A DNA stretch of 36,862 bases from Armatimonadota bacterium. GTDB lineage: Bacteria; Armatimonadota; Fimbriimonadia; Fimbriimonadales; Fimbriimonadaceae. The notes under the pieces were generated by a model. The model had not been told where the DNA came from, searched no databases, and saw nothing but the letters and a program-made list of their open reading frames with translations. Made by a program: the position numbers and the translations under genes. The number at the start of each line of letters is the position of its first letter. Positions within the stretch are counted from its first letter, which is position 1. The stretch covers positions 62,001-98,862 of the forward strand of contig JANNQV010000062.1 in NCBI GenBank assembly GCA_031400935.1, in the 5' to 3' direction. Below are positions 27,865-36,241 of this stretch, piece after piece.

Positions 27865-28695
27865 ATGCCTCGAATTGCTCTGGTTACGTGCAAGGTCCTT
27901 CCGGAACCCGATGCCGATTATGAAATCACGAAATCTGCATTGGAAGAAATCGGGCTTGAAGCAACTTGGGTTGCATGGGATGATGAAACCGTGGATTGGA
28001 GCCAATTCGACCTTGCAATCATTAGGTCAACCTGGAACTATTACCACCACGTAAGCCGATTTCAAGATTGGCTGAGAAACATTGAGAGCCAAGCTCTATT
28101 GCTGAATCCTCGGCAAGTGGTTCGTGCAAATTTGCATAAGAGATATCTTCTTGAACTTGCGGATCGGGGGGTGAACATCGTTCCAACTGTCCTCATTCCT
28201 AAGAATTCTGGTTGGTTTACAGACTCGCCTTGGCAGAATTTTGTACTGAAACCGGCAGTCTCAGCAAGCTCTTTTCGAACCAAGAAATTCGACCGATTGC
28301 AACTGACCGATGCTCACATTTTTGCCGAAATGATCATTCACGATACGGACTTGCTCGTGCAAAAGTACATCCCTAGTGTTGAAAACGGCGGGGAAGTCGC
28401 TTGGATTTGGATTGACGGCGAAATCACACATGGAGTGCGTAAAAATCAGAGGCTGCATGACGAAGATGAGTCCGTTTCCGAAGCCATTTTTCCGTCAAAA
28501 TCTGATCTTTTGCGCTTGAAACCGTTTGTGGCTCAGATTCCAAGAGTCTGTCTTTACGCAAGGATTGATGTTATGGAAGATGAAGGAGAATGGCTCCTTA
28601 GCGAAATGGAATTGATAGAGCCATCGCTGTATTTGGCGCAGAATCCCCTTGCGGCGGAGAAGTTCGCTGCTGCGGTTATGCGATTCATTGCCTAA
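27865..28695 (+). CDS. ATP-grasp domain protein (RimK/glutathione synthetase-like)
   Basis: RIALVT, RSTWNY, NxHKxYL, VLKPAVS, LVQKYI, YARID, EMELIEPSLY. Confidence 0.85.
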   Translation: MPRIALVTCKVLPEPDADYEITKSALEEIGLEATWVAWDDETVDWSQFDLAIIRSTWNYYHHVSRFQDWLRNIESQALLLNPRQVVRANLHKRYLLELADRGVNIVPTVLIPKNSGWFTDSPWQNFVLKPAVSASSFRTKKFDRLQLTDAHIFAEMIIHDTDLLVQKYIPSVENGGEVAWIWIDGEITHGVRKNQRLHDEDESVSEAIFPSKSDLLRLKPFVAQIPRVCLYARIDVMEDEGEWLLSEMELIEPSLYLAQNPLAAEKFAAAVMRFIA

Positions 28696-28721
28696 GCATG
28701 CGGGATTTTGGATTTCTTTGA

Positions 28722-28770
28722 CTCCCTCCCCAACCCCTCCCTCATTCTCGTTCCTCGAATAAGGGAGGGG
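28722..28770. repeat. CCCCTCCCT/AGGGAGGGG palindromic REP-like element (possibly also a terminator)
   Basis: CTCCCTCCCCAACCCCTCCCTCATTC-loop-GAATAAGGGAGGGG; 9-bp perfect outer stem plus 4-bp inner stem. Confidence 0.65.
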
Positions 28771-28837
28771 CTTCCGGAACCCAATCAGATTCGGTATACT
28801 TCGCGGTTCAATATCTTAACTTTTGGGGCACCCTAGT

Positions 28838-31369
28838 TTGAAGCTTCACAATTCCATTTTTCTCATCATTGTCCTCGTTCTAGCTGGCCTTTCGGGCTGG
28901 CTTTTTTCCGCTACAAAGGTCAAATACGGCCTTGATGTTCAGGGTGGAGCACGGTTTACGCTTAGCGTTGATAAAACGAAGCTAACAGACGAACAAAAGA
29001 AGAATATGCCCGAGGTTTTGAGCCGACTGCATACGATTCTTCGCAACCGAGCGGTTGGTCCTGTAGGAGCCGTTGAAAGCAACGTTCAAAGAAAGGGCGC
29101 AGATCAGTTTGTAATCGAGCTTCCAGGCGAGATTGACGTTGAAAAAGCAAGAAAACTTTTTATCACCACTGCTGCAATCAAGCTGTACCACGCACGAAAT
29201 GTTACGACTGATATAGCGAAAACTCGTCGGTACGAAGCAATGGACACTCCAGTTAAATCTGGAAATGTGAACGTATATGAATTCTTTGAGCGCAACAACC
29301 CTGCAAACGTAATCAAAGTGGGCACGCCGGAATACAAGGCCATGCTTCGGGGCTGGGGCGAACCTATTCTTGTAGGTGACGACCTCGCCAACGCAAGAGG
29401 GATTCCATTCGGAAAGGGATACCAACCAGAATTCAAATTTACTCCTGCAGGTGCCAAGAAATTGGAAACCTGGTCTCGTAGGTACAAACAAGAGAATATT
29501 GCTTTTGTTTTAGATGAACAAGTACTTCAAATTGCTCCAGTTAAAGAAGGAACGATTCTCAGCGACAACGCCGTAATTGACGGCGAATTTGACCAGGAAT
29601 TCGTAAGGAGCCTGGTTGACATGCTTAACGCAGGTGCTCTTCCAGTTGATCTTATAGAAGAGAGTTCAGAATCCGTAGACCCTACAATTGGCAAAACAGC
29701 CCTTGACCAAATCCTGACTGCAGGATACATTTCACTCGCAATCACCGCTTTGTTCATCGTGGTGTATTACATGTTCCCGGGACTGGTGGCGCTGGGCGCC
29801 TTGATTCTTTATGCGTTATTTACTCTGACCGTTTTGAAGTTGGTTGGAGCGACATTCTCTCTTGCATCCATAGCGGGAATGATCCTTTCGGTTGGAATGG
29901 CGGTTGATGCCAACATCCTAATTTTTGAACGTATCAAAGAAGAGCTAAAGCTCGGAAAGACGCTTAAAGCGGCTATTGATCTTGGGTTCAAACGTGCTTT
30001 GCCAGCAATTATTGACTCTAACGCCTGTACAATCTTAACCTCCTTTGTTCTGATGTCAATTGGAACTGGACCTGTAAAGGGTTTTGCGAGCACCCTTATC
30101 ATCGGTGTCTTAATTTCGCTTTTTACTGCGATTACAGTCACACGATGGTTAATGACGTTCTTGGTTGGTGCCGGAATTGGAACCAACCCCAAACTATACG
30201 GTTTAAGCCGGCAATGGTTTGGCGAGCATTGGGAAGCTGGCGCAGTTTCCAAGTCCCTGAACATTGTTCAAAACAGGAAGAAATACTTCATCATTTCAAT
30301 CCTTACGATAATAGTTCCTGGTGCATTTTTCTTCATGGGAGGACTCAAGCCCAATGTCGAATTCTTGGGCGGATTTGAGTCTACATTCTTGGCTGGCACC
30401 GTCACAAAGGCTGAACTAGATAAGAGAGTGGAAACGGAATTCAAAGGCGGAAATACAAAACTTGCCTCGGCGCTTGGCCAGACTTATTTTATCGTTACTG
30501 TGCCGCCACAAGCTTCCTTTACTGCGATTCCAAAAAGTCCCGAAAAGAACTCAATTATCGCAAGGGAAATCAGTACTCGATTGGGATTTGGCGGAGAATC
30601 TCGCGGTTTTGAATCTGTAGGTCCAATTGTTCAAAAGGAAGCCATCGAAGGCGCAATCAAGGGCGTAATCATCAGCACGCTTCTCATCGTTTGCTACCTA
30701 GGATTTCGTTTTGGAATGGGACTAGGCGGCTTCAAGGTAGGACTACGATTTAGCTTGGCGGCTATCGGAGCATTGGCCCACGACATCCTGGTTGTAGTTG
30801 CACTTGCAGCTCTCTTTGGATATATGCTCGGTTGGGAAGTCAGTAGCCTGTTTATCACTGGCATGTTGACTGTTGTTGGATTTTCAACGCATGACACGAT
30901 TGTCATCTTTGACCGAATTCGTGAAAATCTGCATAAACCGCTCGGCAACGAGACCATTGAATCGCTGATCAACCGTTCTATAACGCAATCTATCGCTCGA
31001 TCCATAAATACGGCGTCAACCGTTATTGTCACTTTGATGATTCTTGTGTTCTTCGGTTCTGCGACTCCAGATTTGAGGTTCTTTAACACGATCATGCTTT
31101 GCGGAATTCTTTCAGGAACGTATTCTTCGATTTACAATGCTTCGCCGATCATGTATATCATTGATCAGTGGTTTGCCAAAAAAGGCGAAGAGCACACGCT
31201 GATGGGAATCGCAAAACGGGAGCTGCTACATGCCCATGTTTCGACTGCTGAAGTTGGCGTCATGAGCAAGGAAGCCGGCTCACTCGAAGAGCAGGGCTAC
31301 GGGCAAGTCAAGCGTCGAAGAGCTTCAGAGAAGCCCAAAGGCCATATAAATATAGACGAAGAGCCGTAA
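28838..31369 (+). CDS. secDF: protein translocase SecD-SecF fusion
   Basis: GLDVQGG, NAGALPV, GMAVDANILIFERIKEE (SecD), then EFLGG and GFSTHDTIVIFDRIREN (SecF); TTG start at 28823 or 28838; GGTATACT -10 box at 28793. Confidence 0.95.
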   Translation: MKLHNSIFLIIVLVLAGLSGWLFSATKVKYGLDVQGGARFTLSVDKTKLTDEQKKNMPEVLSRLHTILRNRAVGPVGAVESNVQRKGADQFVIELPGEIDVEKARKLFITTAAIKLYHARNVTTDIAKTRRYEAMDTPVKSGNVNVYEFFERNNPANVIKVGTPEYKAMLRGWGEPILVGDDLANARGIPFGKGYQPEFKFTPAGAKKLETWSRRYKQENIAFVLDEQVLQIAPVKEGTILSDNAVIDGEFDQEFVRSLVDMLNAGALPVDLIEESSESVDPTIGKTALDQILTAGYISLAITALFIVVYYMFPGLVALGALILYALFTLTVLKLVGATFSLASIAGMILSVGMAVDANILIFERIKEELKLGKTLKAAIDLGFKRALPAIIDSNACTILTSFVLMSIGTGPVKGFASTLIIGVLISLFTAITVTRWLMTFLVGAGIGTNPKLYGLSRQWFGEHWEAGAVSKSLNIVQNRKKYFIISILTIIVPGAFFFMGGLKPNVEFLGGFESTFLAGTVTKAELDKRVETEFKGGNTKLASALGQTYFIVTVPPQASFTAIPKSPEKNSIIAREISTRLGFGGESRGFESVGPIVQKEAIEGAIKGVIISTLLIVCYLGFRFGMGLGGFKVGLRFSLAAIGALAHDILVVVALAALFGYMLGWEVSSLFITGMLTVVGFSTHDTIVIFDRIRENLHKPLGNETIESLINRSITQSIARSINTASTVIVTLMILVFFGSATPDLRFFNTIMLCGILSGTYSSIYNASPIMYIIDQWFAKKGEEHTLMGIAKRELLHAHVSTAEVGVMSKEAGSLEEQGYGQVKRRRASEKPKGHINIDEEP

Positions 31370-31370
31370 A

Positions 31371-31482
31371 TTTGGGAGTGCGCGGGCTTGACCGCGCTTT
31401 TTAGGAAACCATACTGAACAAAAGGTTAGCAAGCCCAAACATGAGATAAAAAATGGCGCGGTCAAGCCCGTGCACTCCCAAA
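31371..31482. repeat. REPIN-like inverted doublet
   Basis: 27-bp arms TTTGGGAGTGCGCGGGCTTGACCGCGC (31371-31397) and its inverse (31456-31482), one mismatch; each arm has GGAG followed by an internal GCGCGG/CCGCGC palindrome. Confidence 0.8.
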
Positions 31483-31530
31483 GAAGACTCCTTCGCACCG
31501 TTTCATACGTATACTTCGATAGAGAGTCTT

Positions 31531-32943
31531 ATGCAACATGCTTCCAAAGTTGGCGCGTTAGTCATTTTGTTTTTCGTCCTGCTGTATAGCGCATACAGTA
31601 TGTTGGGCAAAAACTGGTTTGCACCAGCTCCAAATGAGTTCAAGGCTGTGTTTTCTGATGCTGGCGGAATCAATCCTGGCGCAAAAGTATTGATGGCAGG
31701 AGTTCGAATCGGCCAAGTGAGCCAAGTGACGCTTGGAGACGACCGAAAGGCGAATCTGACGCTTGCGATTGATTCGGGTGTAAGAATCCCCATGGGTAGC
31801 ATTGCTTCGCTGCCGACATCGCTTATTGGAATTGGGGACAACCCGATATCCATCATTCCGCCCGCCGGTGCAACTGGCGATTATCTCATTGCAGGTGCGA
31901 CAATACAAGGCAAGCGATTAGGCCCTCTAGATGGCATTGCTCCCGACCTTCTTCCGAACCTGAACGTTACGCTCTCAGAGCTAAACAAAACCTTAGTTGC
32001 GACGAGAACCCTAATGGGTGATGAGGGCTTGAAATCAGAACTGACTCAGCTTCTCGCGCAAACAAAAACGACCCTTCAACAATTTGGCACATTAGCAAAC
32101 GGTGCAAATTCGGCACTCAATGAAAACCGGGGTGCCCTCAAGAGTTCGATGGCGACTTTTGCCTTGGCGATGAAAGACGTACAAAAGGCATCCTCGATGG
32201 CTGCTAAGTTGCTCGCGGACCCCAAATACAAAGATCAAGCCGGTCAGATTTTGGCAAACCTGAATGAGACAAGCCAGAAGGCCGCCAGTCTGTTGACCGA
32301 AGTTGAGGCGATGGTGAGCGACCCCGATCTGCGAACTGCAATAAAACAGACTGTGACAAACATGAACTCGATCATGGACACAGGCACCAAAATCGCTACG
32401 AATACGGAAACAATGACTGCAAATGGAATTACGGCAAGCGAAAACGTGGTCGAAATCACCAAAAAGGTTAGCCTGCTTGCGGATGATGCTCGCGGAGTTC
32501 TGGAGAAAATTCAGAGATTCTTTGACAAACCTACTGGCGTTGGCGTACTCGACAAGGCAAAAACTCAAGCTGAGGTGTTGCGAGACATAGATGGAGGCAG
32601 ATTTCGGGTGGACTTCAACATGAAATATCCGATAACCGATGGTTCGCTGCACGCTGGCCTCCATGATGCGTTTGAAGGCAATAAATTGAATTTGCAAATC
32701 GGCAGGCCGATCAACAAATCATCGGAATACAGGTATGGAATGTACGCCGGGAAGCCAGGCATTGGGGTAGACTACTCGCTCACGTCAAAGGTGAGGTTGC
32801 GCGGCGATGCCTACGGGCTCAATGATTCGCGCCTCGATGTTCGTGCCGAATTTGCACTAAAAAACGATCTCTTAGGAATCATCGGAATTTATCGGCTGGG
32901 CGACAAAAACCAATTGACGGTAGGCGTTGGAATTAAGAAGTAG
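31531..32943 (+). CDS. MlaD/MCE family protein with a long helical region and a C-terminal beta-rich domain
   Basis: N-terminal TM, FSDAGGINPGAKVLMAGVRIGQV MCE motif; ATG 31531 preferred because the track start at 31453 lies inside the REPIN. Confidence 0.88.
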   Translation: MQHASKVGALVILFFVLLYSAYSMLGKNWFAPAPNEFKAVFSDAGGINPGAKVLMAGVRIGQVSQVTLGDDRKANLTLAIDSGVRIPMGSIASLPTSLIGIGDNPISIIPPAGATGDYLIAGATIQGKRLGPLDGIAPDLLPNLNVTLSELNKTLVATRTLMGDEGLKSELTQLLAQTKTTLQQFGTLANGANSALNENRGALKSSMATFALAMKDVQKASSMAAKLLADPKYKDQAGQILANLNETSQKAASLLTEVEAMVSDPDLRTAIKQTVTNMNSIMDTGTKIATNTETMTANGITASENVVEITKKVSLLADDARGVLEKIQRFFDKPTGVGVLDKAKTQAEVLRDIDGGRFRVDFNMKYPITDGSLHAGLHDAFEGNKLNLQIGRPINKSSEYRYGMYAGKPGIGVDYSLTSKVRLRGDAYGLNDSRLDVRAEFALKNDLLGIIGIYRLGDKNQLTVGVGIKK

Positions 32944-32957
32944 CCAGGATCCTGATA

Positions 32958-33578
32958 ATGAAGGTAATTTTGAATCAAACCGTGCCGAAAGTCGGCAAGC
33001 AAGGCCAAGTTGTGACCGTTAAAGACGGCTTTGCTCGAAACTATTTGTTTCCCCGTGGACTCGCTATATTTGCCGAAAAGAAGCAAGTTGCGGCAGTTGA
33101 GCGAAGACATTCTCTAGTCGCTGTAAAGGAAGCCGGAACGGTTTCTGCTGCTGAAGATGTGAAGGCAATGCTTCATGGCAAATCAGTTCGAATTGAAGCC
33201 AAAGTTGGCGCCGCTGGCGGCAAACTTTTTGGAGCCATCACTTCGCAGGATGTTGCCGATGCGATTGCTAAACAGCTTAAAGTTAAAGTTGAAAAGAAGC
33301 AAGTAGCTTTGATCGAGCCAATCAAGCGATTGGGACACCACCGGGTAGAGGTTGATCTTCATCGTTCGGTTGATGCCGTAATTACTGTAGTTGTTTTTGA
33401 TCCATCAGTTGTGGAAGAGGTAGTTGTTGAGACGGCTGCGCCTGTACCTGTGGTTGAAGAAGCGGTCGTTGTGGCCGCTCCTGCTCCAGGTTCTGCTCCC
33501 GTGGTTGAAGAAGTAGTTGCAGAAACCGTTGCAGAGTCAGTTGATGAAGCATCTGCAGAAGAAGTTGTAGAAGCTTAG
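32958..33578 (+). CDS. rplI: 50S ribosomal protein L9 with an acidic C-terminal extension
   Basis: MKVIL...VKDGFARNYLFP, GKLFGAIT, PIKRLG. Confidence 0.97.
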   Translation: MKVILNQTVPKVGKQGQVVTVKDGFARNYLFPRGLAIFAEKKQVAAVERRHSLVAVKEAGTVSAAEDVKAMLHGKSVRIEAKVGAAGGKLFGAITSQDVADAIAKQLKVKVEKKQVALIEPIKRLGHHRVEVDLHRSVDAVITVVVFDPSVVEEVVVETAAPVPVVEEAVVVAAPAPGSAPVVEEVVAETVAESVDEASAEEVVEA

Positions 33579-33600
33579 CAGAGTATAAACATTTTTCCCG

Positions 33601-33753
33601 CTCGTGAAGCGCTGAATTCATTTGCCGAATTAAAGCATGGCTCTCTGCTCGTGGAGCGCGGAATTTATTCCGCACCCTGGTCCGCCGAATTCATTTGGCC
33701 CGCAAAGGAGCGCGGCCGTCTCGCCTGCTATTGTACTTCGGACGTCTCGTCCG
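33601..33753. repeat. cluster of REP-like short palindromes
   Basis: GGAGCGCGGAATTTATTCCGC (33653), degenerate copies at 33601 and 33679, GGAGCGCGGCCGTCTCGCCTGC (33707), CGGACGTCTCGTCCG (33739). Confidence 0.65.
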
Positions 33754-33794
33754 TTGGAATTCACTCTTTCGTAGCGACAAGCAACTTTGGATTA

Positions 33795-33978
33795 TCACGC
33801 AAAGGCGCAAAGTTCGCAAAGATACCGCTATGTGTCATGCGGACTCTGGGAGACGCAAAGATGACGCTAAGTGTCTTGCCGCCTATGGGAGTAAGATAAA
33901 GGAGACGTGGGTTTCGCCAGGACCTCACTATGCTGACGGATGCGTCATTGTCTTTGCGAACTTAGCGTCTTTGCGTGA
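33795..33978. repeat. CACGCAAAG-type inverted repeat element
   Basis: TCACGCAAAGGCGCAAAGTTCGCAAAGA (33795-33822) and its inverse at 33951-33978 match 26/28; partial third copy at 33852. Confidence 0.8.
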
Positions 33979-34019
33979 AAATAGAATCTCGTGGCAATAT
34001 CCAGCAAATCCCGGCAAAA

Positions 34020-35363
34020 TCAAACTTGCGAATTCCGCCACCGACTCCAAAAATAGTAAAGCACCCCTAGCTCTACGGTTAGCGATACCAGAAGTGCAAG
34101 ACTCGCACCGATAATTCCATCCGCCTTTAAGTACAAGCATAATTGGAGCCCTGCGAAGAGAACAACAATCTCAAAACAGATCGCCCACAGGCGCGAACCT
34201 GTAAGGTGGTGCCTCGTCAGCATTCCACGGCAATACGACTGCAAAGCGGCAATAATCGGAAGCGGTGCCGTGAGAGCAATGGCCATCCAAGCTGCGTCAA
34301 TGGTCGTCTCGTCGGCATGGAACAGCCGCTTGAGAAGAAATGAGCTTAGCCCTGTAAAAGAGGCAAGCAAGACGATTCCAGAACAGATGGCTCCAATCTT
34401 TACGCAGAATCTCCGCATTTCGACGGCTGCAAGTTTGGTCTTGGCAAGGGTGATGACGACTTCAGGAAGAGCATAAACGACCGCTCTTGTAATCCAAACC
34501 AGCGAATTCGCCATCTGCCATGCCGCCATGCTCGCTTCGCGCCCAGCCGACTGAGCCAATGCGCTGCTGACCATCGGCATTCCTAAAAACATGACAAGGG
34601 TTGTCGCCGAAAGAGGGAAGTGGAATTTGGCAACTTGCTTTGCTGTCAATGCTGGCTTGTCTGAAGGTTTAACTTCGCTTAGGTGTTCTCGAATAACAAT
34701 TCGCGCACCCAGATGAGCAAAAACGGATTCCACAAATACCGAGCAAATCAGGGCAATCCCGGCGACCACGCATCCCGAAAGTTGTCCGTTCATCATCAAT
34801 CCGATGCTAACTGTGACAAGTGTGAAAAGCCGAACCATGGTTCCGATTCCCACAATTCGAGTTTTGCCGTAACGAATCAAAATGCCTTGATGGAACCGCC
34901 GCCAGCCGATGAACGCGCTCCACGGAACCATCACCATGAGCCCTATTCGCGCCGCATGAGCCGTTTCGTGCGGAATCCGCATCAAAGATTCGGCAACCAG
35001 TGGGTAAAGCGGAGTTAACACAAATCCGGCATGGATCAGCGTTCCCCAAATCAGCAAATGTACGACGAACTTCCGAATCGCCAGATAGTTGCCTCGGCTA
35101 TCGGCGAGCGTTGTTGCGGTGGATAGAAGGTCAATGGCGGCACTTTCTAAGAATAATGCCAATGACATGAGCAAGTTGAACCCAGCGATTTGGATTGTGG
35201 CATTGGGCAGCCGGGCAATTACGCTCACGCACACCGGCCCTTCGATTGCCATAAATAGCCATGAAAGAGCGAGCGGATACCAGAATCGGAAGATTCGTTT
35301 GGAATTAGGTGCCGATTCCGCGTCTAGGTCTCTTTGGGCTTCAGACGCAGGTTCGGAGTTCAC
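34020..35363 (-). CDS. MATE/MOP-superfamily multi-pass transporter or flippase
   Basis: About 12 TM helices in two similar halves (FWYPLALS / FHFPLSAT); GG-TAGACT -10 box 6 nt before the GTG. Confidence 0.8.
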   Translation of the reverse strand: MNSEPASEAQRDLDAESAPNSKRIFRFWYPLALSWLFMAIEGPVCVSVIARLPNATIQIAGFNLLMSLALFLESAAIDLLSTATTLADSRGNYLAIRKFVVHLLIWGTLIHAGFVLTPLYPLVAESLMRIPHETAHAARIGLMVMVPWSAFIGWRRFHQGILIRYGKTRIVGIGTMVRLFTLVTVSIGLMMNGQLSGCVVAGIALICSVFVESVFAHLGARIVIREHLSEVKPSDKPALTAKQVAKFHFPLSATTLVMFLGMPMVSSALAQSAGREASMAAWQMANSLVWITRAVVYALPEVVITLAKTKLAAVEMRRFCVKIGAICSGIVLLASFTGLSSFLLKRLFHADETTIDAAWMAIALTAPLPIIAALQSYCRGMLTRHHLTGSRLWAICFEIVVLFAGLQLCLYLKADGIIGASLALLVSLTVELGVLYYFWSRWRNSQV

Positions 35364-35459
35364 AGAGCGAGTCTACCGAAGGCGGCTAGGATTCCGCGAC
35401 AAGATGTTTCGTAGCGCAAGCCGATACCTTGCTGTCCCCAACGGCTCATCAGAAACTGC

Positions 35460-35711
35460 CAGGCGGCCGTTCCAACTCCCGTGGCGATGGTTCCCACTCG
35501 CGTGGCGATGGCTGCAACTCGTGTGGCGACGGTTCCCACGCCCGTGGCGATGACCGCAGCTCTCGTGGGAATGGTCCCCACACCTGTGGCGATGACCGCA
35601 ACTCGCGTGGCGACGCTTCCCACGCCCGTGGTGATGGTTCCCACAGCTGTGGCGAAGACTGAAACTCGCCTGGGGATGACCGCAACTCGCGTGGTGATGG
35701 TCGAAACAGCG
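35460..35711. repeat. 21-bp tandem repeat array (11 clear units plus a degenerate flank)
   Basis: Consensus GTGGCGATG(GTTCCC|ACCGCA)AC(T/G)C(G/C)C; contiguous units from 35481 to 35711. Confidence 0.9.
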
Positions 35712-35778
35712 TCGGCACTGAACAACGTTTCACTTTTTTTCATATATTTTTTCAACTTTAGAAGGAAAGTGAAACGAT

Positions 35779-35837
35779 CATGTCGAATTGAACCTAAACC
35801 CCCCGGAGATTCGGGGTAAGGAGAAAATACAAATGCC
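35779..35837 (+). promoter_or_regulatory. duplicated leader element, copy 1 (motif, hairpin, RBS)
   Basis: CATGTCGAATTGAACCTAAA-CCCCCCGGAGATTCGGGGT-AAGGAGAAA...ATGCC. Confidence 0.75.
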
Positions 35838-36096
35838 TTGCACAGAAATTGTGTTAAAACCAAATCAGATGGTTGACGTCTTGTACGATGTCAATTATGG
35901 TGAGGGAGTTTCCTATCGCGGAACAATTAGACATGAACTCGATCACCCTTTGCAAGCTTATCTTGACGGAGTGCTAGTTCAGGTCGATAAAGATTGCGTG
36001 TTCACCTTCGGCTGTAACAGACTGCAAATAGTAAGCAATGTTGAAGGAAAATGCGAAGTTGACTTTGATCTGACCTCGACAGCAGACACCAAATAA
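35833..36096 (+). CDS. small hypothetical beta-rich protein (87 aa, 4 Cys)
   Basis: AAGGAG RBS before ATG 35833; followed by a stem-loop. Confidence 0.7.
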   Translation: MPCTEIVLKPNQMVDVLYDVNYGEGVSYRGTIRHELDHPLQAYLDGVLVQVDKDCVFTFGCNRLQIVSNVEGKCEVDFDLTSTADTK

Positions 36097-36103
36097 AAAT
36101 GAA

Positions 36104-36128
36104 AGTGTCAGCCTTCCCGGCTGACACT
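36104..36128. terminator. stem-loop, probable terminator
   Basis: AGTGTCAGCC/GGCTGACACT 10-bp stem directly after the stop at 36096; the T-tract is better on the minus strand. Confidence 0.55.
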
Positions 36129-36183
36129 CCCTCTTAGTTTCAAAAAAGCGAAAATAGTAGATTTGAAACCCAAAAGACAAATC

Positions 36184-36241
36184 CATGTCGAATTGAACCT
36201 AAAACCCCCGAAGCTTCGTGGGGAAGGAGAAAGAAAATGCC
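36184..36241 (+). promoter_or_regulatory. duplicated leader element, copy 2
   Basis: CATGTCGAATTGAACCTAAA-ACCCCCGAAGCTTCGTGGGG-AAGGAGAAA...ATGCC. Confidence 0.75.

Noticed and set aside
33651..34114. ORFs 33651-33899 and 33695-34114
   Set aside because: They run through the REP cluster, lack an RBS or protein-like features, and one overlaps the MATE 3' end.
35460..35711. CRISPR array
   Set aside because: The units are contiguous 21-mers with no unique spacers, and no cas genes are present.
35779..36241. Integron attC cassette array
   Set aside because: The repeats lie upstream of the ORFs and include the RBS. There are no RYYYAAC/GTTRRRY ends and no integrase in the window.
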